Shown: positions 13,055 to 16,784 of the stretch, one piece after another | How positions within the stretch are numbered: the stretch's first letter is position 1 | Layout: every line of letters starts with the position of its first letter | Assembly: GCF_006345805.1 (NCBI RefSeq) | Contig: NW_021825151.1 | Location: 1 to 16,784 of the forward strand | From: Octopus sinensis | Taxonomy: Eukaryota | Reading direction: 5' to 3' | Length of the DNA: 16,784 bases | Program-made: the position numbers and the translations under genes | Notes under the pieces: generated by a model | Databases searched by the model: none | The model's input: only the letters and a program-made list of their open reading frames with translations | What the model was told of the DNA's origin: nothing

Positions 13055-15407
13055 TATATTAATAATAATAATAATATACTAATAAAATAATGAGAAGAAG
13101 AAAGAAGAAGAAGAAGAAGAAGAAAAGAAAAGAAGATGGTTAGAAAAAGAAAGAGAAATAAGAAGAGAAAAGGAAAAGAATAAGAAGAGAAAAGAAAAAA
13201 GAAGAAGAAGAAGAAGAAAAGGAAAGAAGAGTAAGAAAAAAGAAGAACTAAAATAAGAAGATTAAAGTAGAATACGAAGAAAAAAGTAAGAAGAATGAAG
13301 AAGAAAAAGAATAACTAGAAGAATATAGAGAAGAGTAAGAACTAGAAAGAGAAGGAAGAAGAACGAAGAAGAAGAAAGAAGATCAGGGGAATTATTTCGT
13401 GGGGAAGTGTGGATAATAACCACACGGCCCACAGAATAAAGAAGAACAATGTTAAACAAACAACAGTAAAAAAACATAAGTATTTTATTAACACTGCATA
13501 CACACTCATACAGATATGAAACATACACGTTTTCAGGAATGAATTTTTTGATGCAGACGATTATCACTGCCATTCAATTTCTGTCAGACACCATCAAATA
13601 AATGGATGCACAAGATGAAAGTGGGATTAGTGTGTAATGTTCAATAATTTCAGACACAATCAAATAAATATAGCACGAATATGGAAAGTGATTATGACTT
13701 CAAGTAATAGGGAGAATAAATAGATATCAGGGAATATTAAAACTAAGACCATTATATTCCTCATGTATAAACGACAACATTGAAAGGACTTACAGATATT
13801 GTAAGCTGTGAAGGTCTTGAAACATAACTTTCTCAATCCTCGAAATTTTATTGTTCTGAAGATATCTGAAGGAAGAAACAATGTTGCTTATTTTGACGTA
13901 GTATGGAATTGCAATAAAAGATGAAATATTGTTCTTTTTGTATAGGAAGAAAACCATAGGAAAATAAAATGACAAGAAGATAAAGAAGGAGAAGAAGAAG
14001 AAGAAGAAGAAGAAGAAAGAATGAAAGAAGAAGTATTAGAAGAAGAAGAAGAAAAAGAGATGAAAGAAGGCAAAGAAGAAGAAAAAGTTAGAAGTAGAAA
14101 CGAAGAAGAGAAGAAAAAGAAGAAGAAGAAAACAAGGAGAAGAAGAAGAAAAAAAGGAGAAGAAGAAGAAAGCAAGGAGAAGAAGAAAGAAGGAGAAAAA
14201 GAAGAACAAGAAGAAGAACAACAACAATAGCAACAGCATCAAGATCAAGTAGAACAAGATTAAGAAGAAGAAGAACATGAACAAGAAGAAGATAGTGAAC
14301 TCTGAAAGTTTATTCGTTTCTAAGAGAAAATATATCAGCATCAAAATATACATTCAGATAATAGTATTAAGAAACTGAACGAACTTACAATGTTGTTAAA
14401 TTCGAAAGCTTCGTGAAGGTCCCTTCTTTGATTGTTGCAATGTTGTTACTTTGCAGATCTCTATAGCAGTAACGAAAGATTAAAATAGATTATATGGAAA
14501 ATATTAGTGATACAACATCAAACACAGGAGCTTTACAATGAACGAAAGAAAAAGAAAAGAGATAACGAAGAAGAAGAAGAAGAAGAGGAAGAAAAACAAC
14601 AACAACAACAAAAACGAAAAGAAGAACAAGAAGAAGAAGAAGAATGAAAAGTGGAATAAGGAGGTGGAGGAGGGCAGGAGAAGTGGAGAAAGGGGAAAAG
14701 AAGGAAAAAAAGAATAATGGATAGTGGAGGAAAAGAAATCAGAAGATGAAAAAAATAAGGGAGTAAGTTGATGAAATAGAAGAAGAAGAAAACAAGGAGA
14801 AGAAGAAGAAAACAAGGAGAAGAAGAAGAAAGCAAGGAGAAGAAGAAGAAGGAGAAAAAGATGAACAAGAAGAAGAAGAACAACAATAGCAACAGCATCA
14901 AGATCAAGTAGAACATTGGATCTTGCTCTCTTAATCCCACATTGTATCTTCCTAAATCATGTTCGGTTACCGAGTTTGTTTAGTGCTGTCTGAGAGTTTA
15001 TACGGTTAAGAGTGTATTTATCAGCATCAAATATTACTTTCAAACAGAGTATCAGGAACTGAACGAACTTACAATGACTTTAAATTCTTAAGCCCCATGA
15101 ATATACCATGTTTGATGGTTGAAATGTTGTTGGCGCCAAGATACCTATTGCAGTAAAGAACGAGTAAAAATTATTAGATGGAAAATATTTGTGATACTAC
15201 AAAAGAAGAAGAAGAAGAAGAAGAAGAAGAAGAAGAGAAGAAGAAAAAGAAGAACAAGAAGTACAAGAAGAACAAGAACAAGAAGTAGGAGAAGGAGAAG
15301 GGGAAATAGAAGAACAAGAAGAAGAAGAAGTAAAAGTAGAAGAAGAAGAAGGAGGAGGAAGAGGAGGAAGAGAAGAAGGAGAAGAAGAAGAGAAGAAGAA
15401 GAGAAGA

Positions 15408-15445
<38 letters not shown>

Positions 15446-15935
15446 AAGAAGAAGAAGAAGTAGAAGAAGAAAAAGAAGAAGAAGAAAAAGAAGAAGACAC
15501 ATTAAAAATCATGGTGTTCAAGAAGATGAAATAGATAATGTAGTCAAAGAAATAACAGGAGATATTTTAGGGAGACGGAAGAAACGTTTGAAAACTCAGG
15601 GAATACAAATTTAATGCAAATTTAAATTTGGGAATCCAAATGAGTTAATGTGTCAAGAATTAAAACAAAGCAAATTCTCTCTCAATGCCTCCCTCTCTCT
15701 CTCATTGTGTCTTGCTCACTTAATCCCCCTTTGTATCTTCTCATATTTATGTTTGATTCCCGAGTTTGTTTAGTGCAGTCTGAAAGTTTATACGGTTAAG
15801 AGGGTATATATCAGCATCAAATATTACTTTCAAACAGTGTATCAGGAAACTGAACGAACTTACAATGTCTTTAAATTCTTAAACCCCATGAATATACCAT
15901 GTTTGATGGTTGAAATGTTGTTGGCGCCAAGATTC
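917..15935 (-). CDS. Internal part of a multi-exon LRR protein gene: 12 x 72-nt exons giving about 288 aa of tandem typical LRRs (LGR/relaxin-receptor/GRL101- or Slit-like exon architecture); extends beyond the window on both sides
   Basis: Twelve AG..GT-bounded 72-nt segments, all stop-free in phase 2 and all matching LxxLxLxxNxIxxIxxxxFxxL. One 72-nt phase-2 exon per LRR is the established organisation of LGR4-6/RXFP and Slit genes; the family assignment is inference. Confidence 0.88.
989..1805. repeat. Type-A acceptor-side block (acceptor flank plus two purine-rich modules), duplicated at about 6076-6990
   Basis: Colinear blocks: ggaagaaaaaggaagacatataccgta, gaaaattgacgagataaaagtacag, taagaggcggaagatcagaatgcggggagaagg. 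Confidence 0.85.
2066..2422. repeat. Type-B donor-side intron flank (about 350 bp); other copies at 8807-9157 and 13381-13793
   Basis: Shared blocks such as ataagtattatattaacactgcagacacactcataca and cattatattcctcatgtataaacgacaaca. Confidence 0.9.
2423..2494 (-). CDS. LRR exon E11 (type B): YLQENKISSIEEEMFQDLHSLQY(L)
   Basis: Acceptor cctgcttcAG, donor GTAAGT (2417-2422), 72 nt, open. Confidence 0.92.
3107..3270. repeat. Type-C donor-side intron flank; copy at about 14219-14388 and an orphan fragment at about 14785-14915
   Basis: cagcatcaagatcaagtagaaca...; 4 mismatches over about 150 bp between the two full copies. Confidence 0.9.
3271..3342 (-). CDS. LRR exon E10 (type C): DLGHNNIATIKEGTFTKLSNLTT(L)
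   Basis: Acceptor ctgttatAG, donor GTAAGT (3265-3270), 72 nt, open. Confidence 0.92.
3601..3806 (-). mobile_element. Inverted partial copy of the same SINE, head-to-head, lacking the B-box segment and the 3' end
   Basis: 3601-3770 is the near-perfect reverse complement of 3894-4062; 3780-3801 is the reverse complement of 3816-3837. Confidence 0.85.
3808..4200 (+). mobile_element. tRNA-derived SINE of the octopod type (near full length, with internal (TA)n/(TG)n)
   Basis: A-box-like TGGCTGTGTGG (3818-3828), B-box-like GGTTCAGTCCC (3860-3870), CORE-like ttgggcaagt, 3' tail gactgaaacaagtaaaagagtaaaga. Absent from the paralogous C intron (about 14700-14760). Family recognised from memory, not by search. 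Confidence 0.8.
4888..4923 (+). repeat. (AAC)12 microsatellite
   Basis: Read directly. Confidence 0.95.
5415..5957. mobile_element. Solo-LTR-like element, copy 2, internally deleted; TGTT...AACA termini, 4-bp TSD ATAT
   Basis: ATAT at 5411-5414 and 5958-5961. TG...CA ends with a 4-bp TSD are typical of Ty3/gypsy LTRs (established); no internal gag/pol is present. Confidence 0.72.
6004..6075 (-). CDS. LRR exon E9 (type A): DLNGNNISTMKQGIFNGLSNLTT(L)
   Basis: Acceptor cttcaatAG, donor GTAAGT (5998-6003), 72 nt, open. Confidence 0.92.
7424..7857. repeat. Type-D donor-side intron flank (about 430 bp); other copies at 9969-10401, 10652-11095, 14914-15072 (truncated), 15496-15863; diverged homolog in the type-A flank about 5150-5414
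   Basis: Direct visual alignment, e.g. aaagcaactgcaataaaggaacattaaatttgt and tcagcatcaaatattactttcaaaca. Confidence 0.9.
7858..7929 (-). CDS. LRR exon E8 (type D, Y-start): YLGANNISTIKHGVFMGLKNLKS(L)
   Basis: Acceptor ttgcaacAG, donor GTAAGT (7852-7857), 72 nt, open. Confidence 0.92.
8340..8590. repeat. Purine-rich intronic module (about 250 bp); close copies at about 11700-11950 and 12700-12950; more distant relatives at 1105-1395, 1520-1805, 4200-4475, 6190-6490, 6700-6990, 14640-14775, 16080-16410
   Basis: Shared gaaaacagtag...atgggcaagag...gagaaaattcac(g/a)aggaga...gtagtaagtttatga. Confidence 0.75.
9158..9229 (-). CDS. LRR exon E7 (type B): YLQDNKISRIEEVVFQDLRSLQD(L)
   Basis: Acceptor cctgcttcAG, donor GTAAGT (9152-9157), 72 nt; peptide visible in supplied ORF 9154..9339. 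Confidence 0.92.
10402..10473 (-). CDS. LRR exon E6 (type D, N-start): NLGANSISTIKHGIFMGLKNLKT(M/I)
   Basis: Acceptor ctgcaacAG, donor GTAAGT (10396-10401), 72 nt, open; ends in AT, so the junction codon is ATG or ATA. Confidence 0.9.
11096..11167 (-). CDS. LRR exon E5 (type D, Y-start): YLGANNISTIKHGIFMGLKNLKT(L)
   Basis: Acceptor ctgcaacAG, donor GTAAGT (11090-11095), 72 nt, open. Confidence 0.92.
11998..12065 (+). repeat. Imperfect (TAA)n microsatellite; paralogous tract at about 13018-13090
   Basis: Both tracts follow gaagat(g)aaaatgca. Confidence 0.9.
12066..12303 (+). mobile_element. 5'-truncated 3' end of an RLE-type non-LTR retrotransposon (R4/Dong-like) inserted in a (TAA)n tract
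   Basis: 12109-12198 reads TPGLTNTYNIQKIALLGTAHILRRTLSIQ*, resembling the C-terminal QKxxLLGTAxILR motif of R4-group elements. It is followed by a 3' UTR and a TAA tail, with (TAA)n on both sides. Confidence 0.75.
13794..13865 (-). CDS. LRR exon E4 (type B): YLQNNKISRIEKVMFQDLHSLQY(L)
   Basis: Acceptor ttccttcAG, donor GTAAGT (13788-13793), 72 nt; peptide visible at the end of supplied ORF 13790..13975. Confidence 0.92.
14389..14460 (-). CDS. LRR exon E3 (type C): DLQSNNIATIKEGTFTKLSNLTT(L)
   Basis: Acceptor ctgctatAG, donor GTAAGT (14383-14388), 72 nt, open. Confidence 0.92.
15073..15144 (-). CDS. LRR exon E2 (type D, Y-start): YLGANNISTIKHGIFMGLKNLKS(L)
   Basis: Acceptor ctgcaatAG, donor GTAAGT (15067-15072), 72 nt, open. 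Confidence 0.92.
15411..15445 (+). repeat. (AGT)n microsatellite, about 11 units
   Basis: Read directly. Confidence 0.95.
15864..15935 (-). CDS. LRR exon E1 (type D, N-start): NLGANNISTIKHGIFMGFKNLKT(L)
   Basis: Acceptor cttcaacAG (ct at 15936-15937), donor GTAAGT (acttac 15858-15863), 72 nt, open; framework Leu replaced by Phe (TTT). Confidence 0.9.
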
Positions 15936-16784
15936 CTGTTGAAGTAAAGAACGAGTAAAAAAAGATTAGATGGAAAATATTTGTGATACTACATGAAACA
16001 CTGTGGCTTCAGAATGAAAGGAAGAAAAATAAAGACAGATAACAATGATGAAGGAGAAGAAAAAGAAGAAGTAGGATGAAAAGGTGGAGAAGAGGAAGGA
16101 GGGAGAAGAAGGAGAAAAAGAAGCGATCAAGAAGCGGAAGTGGAAGAGATGGGAGAAAAGTGACGAAGTAGAAAGTAAGGGATTAAATTGTTGAAACAGT
16201 AGGTTGTGAAAAGAGTCGAGGATAGCTGAGTCGAGATGAGAAGAGTTGAGGTCAAGATAATTGAGGGATGGAGAGTGAAGAAGGATGCAGGAAGGCAAGA
16301 GTAGGAGGAGCAGGAGGGGGAGGAGTAGATGAATGAGATAGAAAGGAAAAAGTAGAAGACAGAAAGAGAAGAAAAGTTCGAAGCAGAAAGTACGGGAGCA
16401 AGTTTATGAAAAAAGCGATGTAGGAGAAGAAGTAAAAAAAAAAGAAGAAGAAGAAGAAGAAGAAGAAAGAGATGACGAAAATGAAGAAGAAGAAGAAGAT
16501 AAACAAGAAGAAAAATAAGAAGAAAAAGAAGAAGGTGGAGGAGCCGGAGTAGGAGCAGCGGGGAGAGCTGGAGGAGGAGAAGAAGAAGATGAAGAAAAAG
16601 AAGTAAAAGAAGAAGAAGAAGAATATGTAGAAGAAGAAGAAGAAGAAGAAGAAGGAGAAGAAGAAGAAGGAGGATGAGGAGGAGGAGAAGGAGGAGGACG
16701 AGGAGAAGAAGAAAAGAAGAAGAAAAAGCAGAAGAAGAAAAGCAGAAGAAGAAGAAGAAGAAGAAGAAGAAGAAAGAGAATAAG

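Larger units (their letters stand above)
1098..16784 (+). repeat. Pervasive (GAA)n/(GGA)n low-complexity tracts in every intron, always purine-rich on + (TTC on the gene's sense strand); purest run (GAA)24 at 10568-10639
   Basis: Read directly. These tracts account for the poly-F/S/L and poly-E/K/R pseudo-ORFs. Confidence 0.97.

Noticed and set aside
2423-13865. Mosaicism among the three type-B exons
   Set aside because: With only three copies and no outgroup, any site pattern fits a tree, so recombination cannot be claimed.
917-15935. A specific gene name (GRL101, RXFP, LGR, Slit, Toll)
   Set aside because: Only internal LRR exons are present; there are no cap, LDLa, EGF, 7TM or TIR exons to discriminate between families.
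899-15935. CRISPR-like array (conserved repeat gaaactgaacgaacttac next to 72-nt variable segments)
   Set aside because: Spacing is 0.6-2.7 kb, the repeat is a splice donor, the variable segments are homologous LRR exons, and the context is eukaryotic.
917-15935. Dscam-style docking/selector pairing or RSS-like recombination signals flanking the cassettes
   Set aside because: No extended complementary site or heptamer/nonamer-like signal was found by eye in this window; one could lie outside it, so this is unsupported rather than excluded.
957-16506. Long minus-strand poly-F/S/L ORFs and plus-strand poly-E/K/R ORFs in the supplied track (e.g. 6044..7450, 4099..5052, 9333..9731)
   Set aside because: (TTC)n and (GAA)n lack stop codons in several frames at once. 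The ORFs overlap in multiple frames, vary in length between paralogous introns, and lie inside GT-AG introns.

Overview
Eukaryotic genomic DNA, not prokaryotic. It is most likely an octopus (inferred from recognising an octopod tRNA-derived SINE and an R4/Dong-type LINE end; not database-checked). The window is an internal part of one minus-strand gene, of which 12 tandem exons are visible. Each exon is exactly 72 nt, symmetric phase 2-2, bounded by canonical AG and GTAAGT sites, and encodes one 24-aa typical leucine-rich repeat (LRR). The exons fall into 4 sequence types, in the non-periodic transcript order D D C B D D B D A C B A. Each exon travels with its own conserved acceptor-side and donor-side intron flank, and partner switches map to (GAA)n-rich tracts. 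One intron carries the scar of a lost exon. Within a type, differences are mostly amino-acid changing and several fall on the LRR concave face. The introns also hold two copies of a solo-LTR-like element (same insertion site, ATAT TSD), a SINE with a head-to-head inverted partial duplicate, and a LINE 3' end inserted in a (TAA)n tract. No LRR caps, start or stop codon, or transmembrane exons lie in the window, so no gene name is assigned. Nearly all ORFs in the supplied track are low-complexity artefacts. All coordinates and counts were made by hand.
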